Assembly: GCA_951406725.2 (NCBI GenBank)
Contig: OX597818.1
Span: 17,484,001-17,548,000 of the forward strand
DNA length: 64,000 nucleotides
Direction: 5' to 3'
Origin: Octopus vulgaris
Taxonomy: Eukaryota
The notes under the pieces are model-generated. The model ran no database searches, was not told the DNA's origin, and was given only the letters and a program-made list of their open reading frames with translations. Position numbers and translations under genes: made by a program. Positions 51,670 through 64,000 of the stretch are shown here, piece by piece. The stretch's first letter is position 1; every line of letters starts with the position of its first letter.

Positions 51670-51860
51670 AGGTATATATATATAAATACCTTTGCCCATA
51701 TAATACAGCAAATGAATTGATTGCATCGCAATCCTTAACATTTATGTATTAACCTTATTGGGTACTTCACTAGCAGTATATTGGATATATGTTATCCCAT
51801 GGAGGATTGCATTTACAATCCCTATCTCAATTTGTACATATACATATATATATATGTATG

Positions 51861-51911
<51 letters not shown>

Positions 51912-51914
51912 GTA

Positions 51915-51946
<32 letters not shown>

Positions 51947-52223
51947 CGCACATACATATATACCTACACACATGCACACACACACACACACACACATACG
52001 CACATGCATACGCATACATGCATACACACACACACACACGCACGTACACATACATACACACACACACACATACATACACCCATACATATACATGCATCCT
52101 ACACACACAGACATACACACTCACACATACATACACACACACTCACTCACACACCTGCATGTACGTGCACACACATGCACATACACACACTTCCACACAC
52201 ACACACGTACATACATACACACT

Positions 52224-52254
<31 letters not shown>

Positions 52255-53255
52255 GGACATACATCTATATACACACATATACACACACATACTTACATAC
52301 ATTCATCGGACACACTGACACCCAGACTTACACACAGACACACTCACACATCCACACACATACATACTTACACACACACTCGCAGGCGCGCGCACATACA
52401 CGCTTGTGCACGTTCGCGCACGCATACACGCATGCATGCACCACGCTCGTGGGTGACCGACTAGATCTCCTGTACGTATCTGGGGCCGGCGCGTGTCTTT
52501 GGGTTCTCCCACGCCTGTCGCCGTGGGACCACTCTTCCATCTCCCCCCGCCCCCATCCGCTGCAGTTTTTTTCCTTAAACCCCCCCTCTTTGTACACACA
52601 CGCACACACATACACACACCCACTCACACACACACATTTGCATATATATATACATTACACTTACACACACTTCAAATTTACTTGCCATACACACAACTAC
52701 GCACACTGGACACACTACCACTCAACACACACACTGGCACGTTACATACGCCCCCACCCTTTCCCTCCTTCCCTTCTTCCCTCCTTCCTCCCTTTTTTTA
52801 CCACTGACCACTCACTCGAGACTTGCTATGTCATCTGTTCGCCCTGCACGCACTAACATATACATATTTTTTGTTTTTTTATCTCGCCTCACACACACAT
52901 ACACACACGCACACGCACACACTCACACATACATACACACGCACACACACATACCTCCCTGTTTCTGATCTGCCTTTCTGACTTGCTAGGGTACCCCCAC
53001 ACACTCCTTTAATTCTACTACTGCCTGCTACTAGCCACTGTCCACCATACACACACACGCACACACTCACACACACACCCTCGTTTTCTCGCACACCTTT
53101 TTTACCATTCCCTCTTTGATTCAGCTCTCCTGTTTTTAAAAAACATTTTCCTCCTTTTTTACCACTTCCGTCTTTTCAGTATGTGACCTCATGAAGACTA
53201 CCTGCAATTTTTTTTTTCCTCTGTCCTCCCGTCTCGGGATCTTTCTTTCTCCTAT

Positions 53256-53290
53256 GTTTCCGACGAAGAGCTCCGCTCGAAACGTCATAC
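53256..53290 (+). ncRNA. Minimal hammerhead-like motif, CCGACGA variant (sister copy 47994-48028 on minus)
   Basis: GTTT-CCGACGA-A-GAGC-tcc-GCTC-GAAA-CG-TC-ATAC. The sister copy has stem I GTTT/AAAC. Confidence 0.65.
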
Positions 53291-53381
53291 CCTCCTTCTT
53301 CCATTTTCCTGAGCGCCTAATAATAATAATACTGTAATTGTTCCACGTGTTGTTGTTTTTTCTGTTTTCCCGTTTGGATTA

Positions 53382-53425
<44 letters not shown>

Positions 53426-53616
53426 ATACTAAATAATTAGGGTTCAGCAACGATCTGCCTCACCATACACCGAATTTAGAAATAGCAGTCAAAAAGTCTT
53501 GGTTATTACTTCTACTCTAAAGGGAGATCTCCCTTTAAAGTAGAAGGAATAGTCAAGACTTTTTGACTGCTATTTCTAAATTCGGTGTGTATATATATAT
53601 ACATATATATATATAC

Positions 53617-54030
53617 ATATCAATAATAACAAAGGGTGAAATTAATTAATTGAGAAGTAATCAGTGATTTCACCAAGTAGAATTCGGTATGTAAAAGACC
53701 AATTCATGGTAAGTTTAAGTAATACTAAATAATTAGGGTTCAGCAACGATCTGCCTCACCACACACCGAATTTAGAAATAGCAGTCAAAAAGTCTTGGCT
53801 ATTCCTTCTACTTTAAAGAGAGATCTCCCTTTAGAGTAGAAGGAATAACCAAGACTTTTTGACTGCTATTTCTAAATTCGGTGTGTGGTGAGGCAGATCG
53901 TTGCTGAACTTTAATTATTTAGTATTACTTAAACTTACCATGAATTGGTCTTTTACATACCAAATTCTATTTGGTGAAATCACTGATTACTTCCTAATTA
54001 ATTAATTTCACCCTTTGTTATTATTGATAT
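53617..54030. repeat. Spacerless palindrome, 207-bp arms (partial second copy 53423-53590)
   Basis: Axis inside AGATCT at 53821-53826; flanked by (TA)n. Confidence 0.95.
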
Positions 54031-54031
54031 G

Positions 54032-54154
<123 letters not shown>

Positions 54155-54583
54155 CTATATATATATATATATACTCTTTACTCTTTACTCTTTTATTTGT
54201 TTCAGTCATTTGACTGCGGCCATGCTGGAGCACCACCTTTAATCGAGCAACTTGACCCCGGCACTTATTCTTTGTAAGCCCAGTACTTATTCTATCGGTC
54301 TCTTTTGTCAAACCACTAAGTGACGGGGACATAAACACACCAGTATCAGTTGTCAAGCAATGCTAGGGGGACAAACACAGACACACAAACACACACACAT
54401 ACATATATATATATACATATATACGACGGGCTTCTTTCAGTTTCCGTCTACCAAATCCACTCTCAGGGCTTTGGTCGGCACGAGGCTATAGTAGAAGACA
54501 TTTGCTCAAGATGCCACGCAGTGGGACTGAACTGGAACCATGTGGTTGGTAAACAAGCTACTTACCACACAGCCACTCCTGCA

Positions 54584-54734
<151 letters not shown>

Positions 54735-54912
54735 GTAACTACACATATGCTGTTTGCAATTTCTTTTCCTTCTTTGGACTTTTGCCTTTCTCCCTTCTGA
54801 TAAAGAGCTATGCTCAAAACATCAAGCTCTTTCATTTTATTGAGCATCAAGCTAATACATTCCTTGTGCACGTCCTCTTGTTGTCCGTTAATTTTATTCA
54901 TTTATTTGAATT

Positions 54913-54954
<42 letters not shown>

Positions 54955-54984
54955 TCATCATCACGATGATAATGATGATGATGA

Positions 54985-55021
<37 letters not shown>

Positions 55022-55786
55022 TATATGTATATGTATGACTATATGTATGTATATATACATATATATATGATATATACATATATATATGATATATATATAT
55101 ATGTCTGTATATATACATATACATATATATATCACCGTGACGGACCAGGCTATCAGATGTTGCTACACATCGCTAGTCACAATGCGCTTCGCATTGTTTT
55201 AGCCTTCAAATGACACCACCCCACTGGCTAAGCGAGCAGGCCAACAGAAGAAAGAGTGAGAGAAAGTTGCGGCGAAAGTGTACAGCAGGGATCGCCACCA
55301 CCCACTGTCAGAGCCTTGTGGAGCTTTAGGTGTTTTCGCTCAATAAACACTCACAACGCCCGGTCTGGGAATCAAAACCGTGATCCTACAACCGCGAGTC
55401 TGCTCCCATAACCACTGGGCCATTGTGCCTCCACACACACATATATATATATATGTGATGGGGTTCCTTCAGTTTCTATCTGATAAATCCACTTGCAAAG
55501 CTTTGGTTGACTAGTGACACTTGTCCAGGGTGTCAGACAGTGCGATTAAATCCAGAACCATGTGGGAAGCAAACTCCTTACCAAGCAGCTACACCTGCAC
55601 CTCTATAAAAAGTTGAAGGCTGCCCATAGGACTCAATATCATATCACCTATAGAAATGACAGATGTTCTACTATTGTACCAAAGTGGTTTGCTCATTCAA
55701 AGCCAACATGGACTAAGTAACAATAACAAAAAAAAGAAGAACAATGATAATGACACAATAGCACAGATAAGAAGTTGAGGTTTTAC

Positions 55787-55929
55787 CAATACTCCAGATA
55801 TATGAGTACATTGAAGACTTTATCTCAGGCGTATCAAAGTCTAGATTGCAATATGACACAGCCAGCCGGGATGGCTTCTCTGGATACCAGGTAATATAGG
55901 ATGCTGTACGTTGGCGGTCATTTGGATCT
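55787..55929 (-). CDS. DNAI2: DNAI2 exon
   Basis: ccag|AGAT...ATTG|gtaaaa. Translates (R)DPNDRQRTASYITWYPEKPSRLAVSYCNLDFDTPEIKSSMYSYIWSI. 143 nt, phase 2 to 1. Confidence 0.95.
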
Positions 55930-56229
55930 CTGGAAAGGAAAGAAAGATATAAAATATTTAGAGAACTGGCTGTTGTTTCTTTCATTTTGCTTATTTTTTT
56001 ACCAAGAATTTCTTGGCTGTTATCAAATATCACTATATTCTAATGCAATCTATCATGCAAGCTTCTACATATTGATCAAACTGCAAAATAAATAAATAAA
56101 TAACAGCCAAATTGTCTTCAAGATAATTGAATGTTACAGGTCTTTAGTTTGCCAATAATGAAATTGAAGCTCATAACCAAAAATAGGAAATCACCATCAT
56201 CAACACTATCATCATCATCATCATCATCA

Positions 56230-56260
<31 letters not shown>

Positions 56261-56804
56261 TGTCGTCATCATCATCATCATTTTAATGTCCACTCTTCTA
56301 AGCTTCCATGGGTCATATGGAATTCATCTATAATCAGATGCCCTTCTTGTTGGCAAAGCTCACCTGTTTCCAAGGAAGGTAATATTTCACCTAAACCTTA
56401 CATATTTGCATACAAAACTGGAAAAGATTCAACCACTGTACAATGAGGAGTATATACGGAGGTGATATTAAACCACAAGTGCGCTTATCTAACCATCTCT
56501 TGCATTATGATGACACTCATTTACATTAGTCACATAATGCTAAGTCAAGGAAACACAATCACACAGTATATAAGTGTATATCACACACATCTTTTACTCT
56601 TTTACTCTTTTACTTGTTTCAGTCATTTGACTGTGGCCATGCTGGAGCACCACCTTTAGTCGAGCAAATCGACCCCGGGGCTTATTCTTTGTAAGCCCAG
56701 TACTTTATTCTATCGGTCTCTTTTGCCGAACCGCTAAGTGACGGGGACGTAAACACACCAGCATCGGTTGTCAAGCAATGCTAGGGGGACAAACACACAA
56801 ACAT

Positions 56805-56850
<46 letters not shown>

Positions 56851-57868
56851 GACAGGCTTCTTTCAGTTTCCGTCTACCAAATCCACTCACAAGGCATTGG
56901 TCGGCCCGAGGCTATAGCAGAAGACACTTACCCAAGGTGCCACGCAGTGGGACTGAACCCAGAACCATGTGGTTCATAAGCAAGCTACTTACCACACAGC
57001 CACTCCTACGCCTGTATATAAAGTGTATATATAAGGTGCATTAAGTAATCATCGTATTCTAATTTCCCTCACTTTTCTATGATTAGCAGATGAACGACTA
57101 TCTTTTTGATACAGACACAACACAAGCTACACTTTCAGGTTTTTTGGATAAAGTTTTTTGAAATGTCCCAAAAAGTTTACCATTAATTCCAGGAAATATT
57201 CACGCATCCCGCAAGTACATAAATAAATAAATATCTTATATATTATATATGAAGGTGTGTAGTTTAGTGGTTAGGGGTCCTTAAATCCTTAAATCCTTAA
57301 AAATGTTTTAGCCCGAAGGCCGCGGCCATGCTGGGGCACTTGAGTTTGAAACTCAGCAAGATATTATTTTATTTATTCCTGTTGCTCCAGTCTGCTCAGC
57401 TGGCAAAAACGAGAACTGAAAATTTTGTTAAATATTATTTAAACCAATAAAAAAAATTGACACTAGTGCTTGAGTGTCTCAACAAATATGTTATTCTTAA
57501 TTTTGATATAGAAGCAGGAGTGGTTGTGTGGTTAGGAAGCTTGCTTCCCAACCTCATGGTCTTGGGTTCAGTCCCACTGTATGGCATCTTGGGCTAGTGT
57601 CTCCTACTATAGCCTTGGACTGACCAAAGCCTTATGTGTGGATTTAGTAGCTGGGAACTGAAAAAATCCTTTATATATATATATATATACAGTTACAAAT
57701 TGAGATAGGGGTTGTAAATGCAACCCTCCATGGGATAACATATATCCAATATATTGCTAGTGAAGTACCCAACAGAGTTAATACATAAATGTTAAGAATT
57801 GTGATGCAATTAATTCATTTACTGTATTATATGGGCAAAGGTAAAATGTTTTACCACAAATTAATAAT

Positions 57869-58049
57869 ACAAAATAAGAAAATGGAGAAATACATCCAAA
57901 TCAATTATCAACTACCAGATAATACCTAATCACATAATTTATTAAACCACTACATATGAACAACATTAAGGTGGTTTAATAAATTATGTGATTGGGTATT
58001 ATCTGGTAGTTGATAATTGATTTGGATGTATTTCTCCATTTTCTTATTT

Positions 58050-58052
<3 letters not shown>
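57869..58052. repeat. Inverted repeat, 82-bp arms, 20-nt spacer
   Basis: ACAAAATAAG...TAAACCAC / GTGGTTTA...CTTATTTTGT. Confidence 0.93.
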
Positions 58053-58094
<42 letters not shown>

Positions 58095-58351
58095 GACTTA
58101 GTAGCTGGGAACTGAAAAAATCCTTTATATATATATATTGGTTGTCAAGTGATGTTGGGGGGACAAACACAGACATAAACATATACGCACACATACATAT
58201 ATATACATATATACAATGGGCTTCTTCCAGTTTCCATCTACCAAATCCACTCACAAGGCTTTGGTTAGCCCAAGGCTATAGTAGAAGACACTTGCCCAAG
58301 GTGCCACACAGTGGGACTGAACCCGGAACCATATGGTTGGTAAGCAAACTA

Positions 58352-58918
58352 TTGGGTTGTCCGGAAAGTGCATGCCAATTTTTAAAGGAAAGAAAAAGGT
58401 CAATAAATATTTGCCATTATATTTTTAATCAACCAAATATGAACCATTTTGTTGCACAATGCGTCTCCATCTTTCCCTTAACTTGAAAATACCCTCTTCC
58501 CAGAACTGACATGGTTTCATGGCAGAGAATTCATCAAGGTATCTTTTTACGTCATCCAAGGAATTGAAATTTTTACCATTAAGACTATTCTGCAAAGACC
58601 TGAATAAGTGGAAATCTGAAGGAGCAATATCTGGTGAATATGGAGGGTGTGGGTAACACATCTCAGCCGAGCTGCAGCAATTTTTGTCTGGTTCCCAAAG
58701 CATCAAGTGCCGAAAACGAACTTTCTTATCTTCCATTTTAAAGGGTTACAGAATTAACACAGGTTATAGGGACATAAACTTTCTTCCACAAAAAGATAGC
58801 TTAGACTGTGCTCTAAATGGAGGGGTAGTCAAATCCTATTTTATGGACTCAACCATGTTCTAAAATAAGTCGAAAGGTAAGCTACTATAAATCGGCATGA
58901 ACTTTCCGGACAACCCAA
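58352..58918 (-). mobile_element. Internally deleted mariner nested in a SINE
   Basis: TIRs TTGGGTTGTCCGGAAAGT.CATGCC.ATTT at both ends. ORF 58425-58736 joins MEDKKVRFRHLMLWE to HPPYSPDIAPSDFHLFRSLQNSL. The SINE sequence AAGCAAACTA|CTTACCA is split. Confidence 0.92.
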
Positions 58919-59210
58919 ACTTACCATACTTACCCACTCCTGTGCCTATAATTTGTTGTGCCTATAGTTTGTTGAAAAATATTTATTAGCAACAGAGATA
59001 GTATTAATACTGAGAGGTAATATCTATCCCTACTTATATATGGATGGGAATAATGAAGAAAGAGAAGTAAGAGAAGAACAAGTGGGTTTAGATATGTGAT
59101 ATCTGATACTAATTAAAGCAAAGATCACAAGGTTAGGGTAGCCAAGTAGCTTACATCAAAGTCACCAACAAAAGAAAGAAACTAATTCAATGAAGAAAGC
59201 AAATATTTAC

Positions 59211-59329
59211 CTGAAAAGATTGACTGTTTTGGCAGATGGTGCTTCATCAGTGTCATGGAAATCAATGTCTTTAAAATATTCTTCATAAATGTCAATAGCA
59301 TTGTTCTGTTTGATACAGTGTTCCATAAC
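59211..59329 (-). CDS. DNAI2: Axonemal dynein intermediate chain 2, first exon visible in window (internal; 5' exons lie beyond 64000)
   Basis: ctag|GTTATG...TTCAG|gtaaat. Translates [39 protein letters not shown](R), matching the conserved DNAI2 motif [18 protein letters not shown]. 119 nt, phase 0 to 2. Confidence 0.95.
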
Positions 59330-60402
59330 CTAGCAACAGGATGGTGCAAGAAACATATCTGTATTTGTTCATTTCATGAGAATATTATAATGTGATGAGG
59401 TGATTCTACCCACTTCCTACACAATTACTTCTCTTGTCTGTGAACATCACACTGAGTTATCAATCATGTTAATCTACCAGCCAAAAGACAACTTGTCAAA
59501 GACTATATAAATCTTGAAAGAACAAAATAAATCCCAGTCTCACAGAGGCAAGTAAGCCAAAATTTCTGAAGTCACTGTCAACCTTTTCATTGTAAAAGTT
59601 AATAAATATGTACACTATTAAACTAAAAAGTATTGAGTAATCATTCAGTTTGGCGTTGAAATATTTTTGTTTATATCATAAAAACACAAACAAACATATA
59701 CATACATATGTGTATGTGCCAAATAAGTTTTATCTTAATAATTCTGATGCACACTCTTTACAATCTTTTTACTCTTTTTCTCTCTCTTATTCTTTTACCT
59801 CCTCTTCTCCCACAATCCTATCCTATTACTTTGTCACTCTCTATCCTTCACTCCTCCTTCCTTGCTCACATGGCTCCCACGTCACCATCGGCCATCTTTC
59901 TTTTTTTCTCTCCGTTGTAGCTGGAACAAGGAAGACATGTTCTTGTTTGTCTCCTGTCCTAGCTTCATTTACGCATTTACCACCACAACTTTGTTTAGGC
60001 TTAGCAGCCCTTTCTGTTTGTTTTCAATGACTTGTTTGTGTTACCAATTTTGACTCTCTGCAAAATCCCAAATTTTATCTAATTTACTTTGCGGGAGCAA
60101 CTGTTTTATTGAAAGCGTATATTATTGTTAAATGCTCAAAATACAAGAGTAGAAAAACAGCCAACAACTGATGAAGGGTCATTCTTTATGTTGTTTGTTT
60201 TGTTTTCAATTTGTGTCTTTTGTTGTTCAAAAGAATAGTTCATGTTCCATGTACTTGTGCTTCGTACTTTTTTATTGTACACGTTTCATGACATCATGTG
60301 CCCACATATTCATATATGTATATGTATCATCATCATCATACATATACATATACATATATATATATATATACGTATAGATGTAAGTATGTGCATATATATA
60401 TA

Positions 60403-60453
<51 letters not shown>

Positions 60454-60460
60454 CATTATT

Positions 60461-60494
<34 letters not shown>

Positions 60495-61164
60495 AATAAT
60501 TGAGATTCAGTTGAATTAGGTACTTAGGTTGAAGCACCAAGTCAGTCCAGTATTATCCGCACACCTTGAAGTAAGGTGAATAAAATCAAAACTAGGCAGG
60601 ATACAACCATGGAATTCATTTTCTTAATCCAGAAATTATAACACCTACCAATAGTAGAAATAATGAGAATCTAAGTGAGAGGGAGAATACAGGCCTACTT
60701 GGTCAGGAAAACAGACCTACTTTAAAAGCATCCAACAAACCCATCATTTTAAATAAAAAGATAAGTATCAACAGGAAATTAGATGCTATAACCAGTAGGA
60801 ATAATAGTTTATATAATAAATGTAGTGAGGTGATTGAATGGATTACGCCACCCTCTAACGATAAGAAAAATACTGATAGTATTGCCATACCTAATAATCA
60901 AGTCGTGAGTTTGGAAGGAGATGAAAGAGTAGGTAGATTCCACCCTTACATATGTAAGAGGTCTGAAAACAATTTGGTCAGGTATAATGTTCCCCTCAAC
61001 TGTGCCATGTCCATCAACACAGATAAGAAATTTATGGCAATTTTGGAAAAAAAACTTCCCTGCTTTCCATAGATATAATAAAATATTTTCCCATAAGACA
61101 GAATCTCATATTCTACCCTCCCCAATAGCCAGGTTAAATAGAAAGAATATAAAATCAGCAAGAG

Positions 61165-61203
<39 letters not shown>

Positions 61204-63130
61204 TTGTCAACACTAGTTTAAACCCCTACAATGTGAATAATATTAATGGAGATGTAGGAATTAGAAACAACAGTACTAACACATCTAATACGCACAATGT
61301 AGATTGTGACTCCGAAGTTTATAGTAGCACAGGGATCACTGATACAATGCCTGCTGATGCTGATATGAACTTAAATTATACTACAGTTGAAGGAAGTATA
61401 AATACTAACAGTAATACTAAAAATAACACAGATTATAGTTGTAGTAAGAATAATAACCATAATGATAATAGTAACAATGATAGGAATAGCAATAATATTA
61501 ATAGTAGTAATTGCAATTGTAGAGTGAAATCTCACTGTCCGTTATTAGGCCAATGTCTAATCCGAAACGTTAATTGATAAATGTACAGTCATAAGTGAGG
61601 CTGGTAACTTTATAGATACAGGATGTTCGATGAATATGAAAAAAACGAATCAATAACCATTTTTCATCTTTTAGACTGAAACAAAAAGCCAATTGTATGT
61701 CCTTATCTAGCAAGGAAAGCGGGATCAAATTTAGCTTTAAATGGAATATAATACAGAGAGTGCAGCCTTATAGAGATAGTCGATACGGGTATGAGCTATG
61801 CTCAATGGAAACTTATGAGATTTTTAAATATAGGGACAAGAACAACATGATTAGTAATAGATTAGACCTAAGGGTATCGTGCATAGCGTCACCTGTACAT
61901 TTAAGTATTTTCGAAACTAATGATTATAGGTACTATACTTGAACTTTGTCAGTAGAAATTAATTTTGGTATCCATTATAAACTTACCCTCTAGTATTAAA
62001 TATAATAAAATCATGGGATATTATGTGATATGGTTGATTAAATTGCATTGCATATGTTATAAGCTATATGTTATGGTATGTGGTATGCTATATATAATAC
62101 TGTCCCATGATAACTCCTGCCTAGTTAGTCCTATTTTGGTGATTACACTATTTTCCTTTCTGTGATTTTCTACCCTACTGATCATATTATGTATTAGTGA
62201 CTTTATGTAAGTCTCCTTTTGACTAAATTATATACCCCCTAGAAACTATAAAACCATACATACAACAGCACATGTAACATTACAACTTATAAAATCTCTT
62301 AAGTCTAAATACCTTTAACTGCCCTCACTATGTTCATACCTATTACCCGCTCTTTTCAGGTTACCTTTATCTCTTCCCTATCTCAAATTTTAATCCCCTG
62401 TCTCTTTAAATGTAAGTTATATGTATTTCTTATTATTTTCTATAAATTCTTATCATTTTGTTTTCTTATTTAGATATCCTTACCTATTAACCTCTTATCC
62501 TTTATAAATTGTTACTTTTCTTGTTCTTAAATAGATATTTTTCAGTTACTTAAATCTTTGCAAGATGGTTATACTATATCCATATAAACATATAAATATT
62601 TGTGTATGTGTATATATGCATATATGTATACAACCTATTAACTTCTTATCCCCTATAAATCATATTCTTCTTGTTCTTAAATATATATTTTCAGTTACAT
62701 AAGTCTAAGTGAGATCGTTATACTATATCCATATAAACATATAAATATTTGTGTATGTACATGTGCATGTGTCCACATATATAAATGGTGTGTGTGTATA
62801 TGTACACATCTTAATTTTTTTTCTGATTTATAGCTTAAAATTAATATATAGATAGCATGTTTATCTTTCCAGTTATTCCATAAGTAAATGCCCTGAGTGA
62901 CAACATGAATTTCTTCCATCTTCTTGCTCTGTTAAAATATTTGAGAAAAATTATATTAATGTGTCCAACTGGTTAAAATTCTATTTATTTATTTGTGCAG
63001 CTGAAGATGGCACTGCATTTAAATTGATGTAATGATTGCATTGCTCAATTAAATGGAGCCACTTGAAACGGTCATACAAGCATCACTACTTGATATCCTG
63101 TTGCTTATATTGATTTTATATAAAAATATA
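60495..63130 (+). mobile_element. Penelope-like element 3' portion (RT tail, Asn-rich linker, GIY-YIG, AT-rich UTR, terminal hammerhead-like motif)
   Basis: KKFMAILEKKLPCFHRYNKIF; CNCRVKSHCPLLGQCLIRNV; RINNHFSSFR; FKWNIIQRVQPY..YELCSMETYEIF. CTGAAGA...GAAACGGTC at 63001-63073. Confidence 0.8.
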
Positions 63131-63544
63131 TATATTCTTTTTTTCGTTTACTTGTTTCAGTCATTTGACTGTGGCCATGCTGGAGCACCACCTTGAAGGA
63201 TTATAGTCGAAGAAATTGACACCAGGACTTATTCTTTGTAAGCCTAGTACTTATTCTATCAGTCCCTTTTGCCAAACTATTAAGTTACAGGGTCATAAAC
63301 ACACCAGCATCAGCTGTCAAGTGATGGTAGGGGGACAAGCACAGACGCATGCCCACAAACACACATATAAATATATATACGACGGGCTTCTTTCAATTTC
63401 CGTCTGCGTAATCCACTTTCAGTTTCCAACTACCAATTCCGTATACCAAATCACAAGGCTTTGGCCAGCTCAAGATGCCACGCAGTGGGACTGAACCTGG
63501 AACCATGTGGTTGAGAAGCAAGCTTCTCATCACACAGTTATGCC

Positions 63545-63575
<31 letters not shown>

Positions 63576-63956
63576 GTATATGGGAAAAACAGTTAGTATG
63601 TATATGTATATGGGGAAAACAGTTTTTCCAGGCTTGGGATTTCTTGCCCATTTGCCAATTAGAACCATACCAACAGTGTCATAAAGCGTAATGGGCGGAA
63701 CTGATATAAGAGAGATAACCCTGTCCTGCCTGAAACTCTAACTGCAAGTATGGCGTTTTCCTCCCTCCAGGCAGAGAGGAGGGTTACGTGTTATGGTTAT
63801 GGTAGACAGATTATGTGCCTCCTGTCATCTGAGTCTGTTGAGTCAGCTATACAGCAAAGTGTTTTATTGGTGCAAAATCAATGGTCACTCTGACCGGTCA
63901 TAAGAATCAACCTTCTAAATATATGTATGTATGTATGTGTATTTATATGTATACAT

Positions 63957-64000
<44 letters not shown>

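Noticed and set aside
60160-60200. CTGATGAAGGG hammerhead-like core
   Set aside because: No closing stem II or downstream GAAA/UH could be identified; probably a truncated relic.
60987-61577. 196-aa Asn-rich ORF as a host gene
   Set aside because: It is the linker between RT and GIY-YIG of a frameshifted Penelope-like element.

Overview
Eukaryotic, AT-rich, microsatellite-saturated DNA. The SINE repertoire and repeat load point to an octopus (Octopus sp.); this is an inference. One real gene crosses the window on the minus strand: the axonemal dynein intermediate chain DNAI2 (IC69/IC70-type WD40 protein). Eleven phase-consistent GT-AG coding exons lie between 59329 and 12647, with a probable terminal exon near 9526-9541. 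The 5' exons lie beyond the right edge. The introns hold tRNA-derived SINEs, mariner, maT (DD37D), pogo/Tigger, hAT, piggyBac-like and Helitron remnants, and CR1, RTE, RLE-type and Penelope-like retroelement fragments. Almost all ORFs in the supplied track are microsatellite artefacts. The most notable pattern is a set of about 11 minimal hammerhead-ribozyme-like motifs in short Penelope-derived elements next to (TA)n tracts. Several are linked to long near-perfect palindromes, and two related inserts have their upstream flank duplicated; one duplication copies a DNAI2 splice acceptor. All coordinates were read by eye, and repeat boundaries are approximate.
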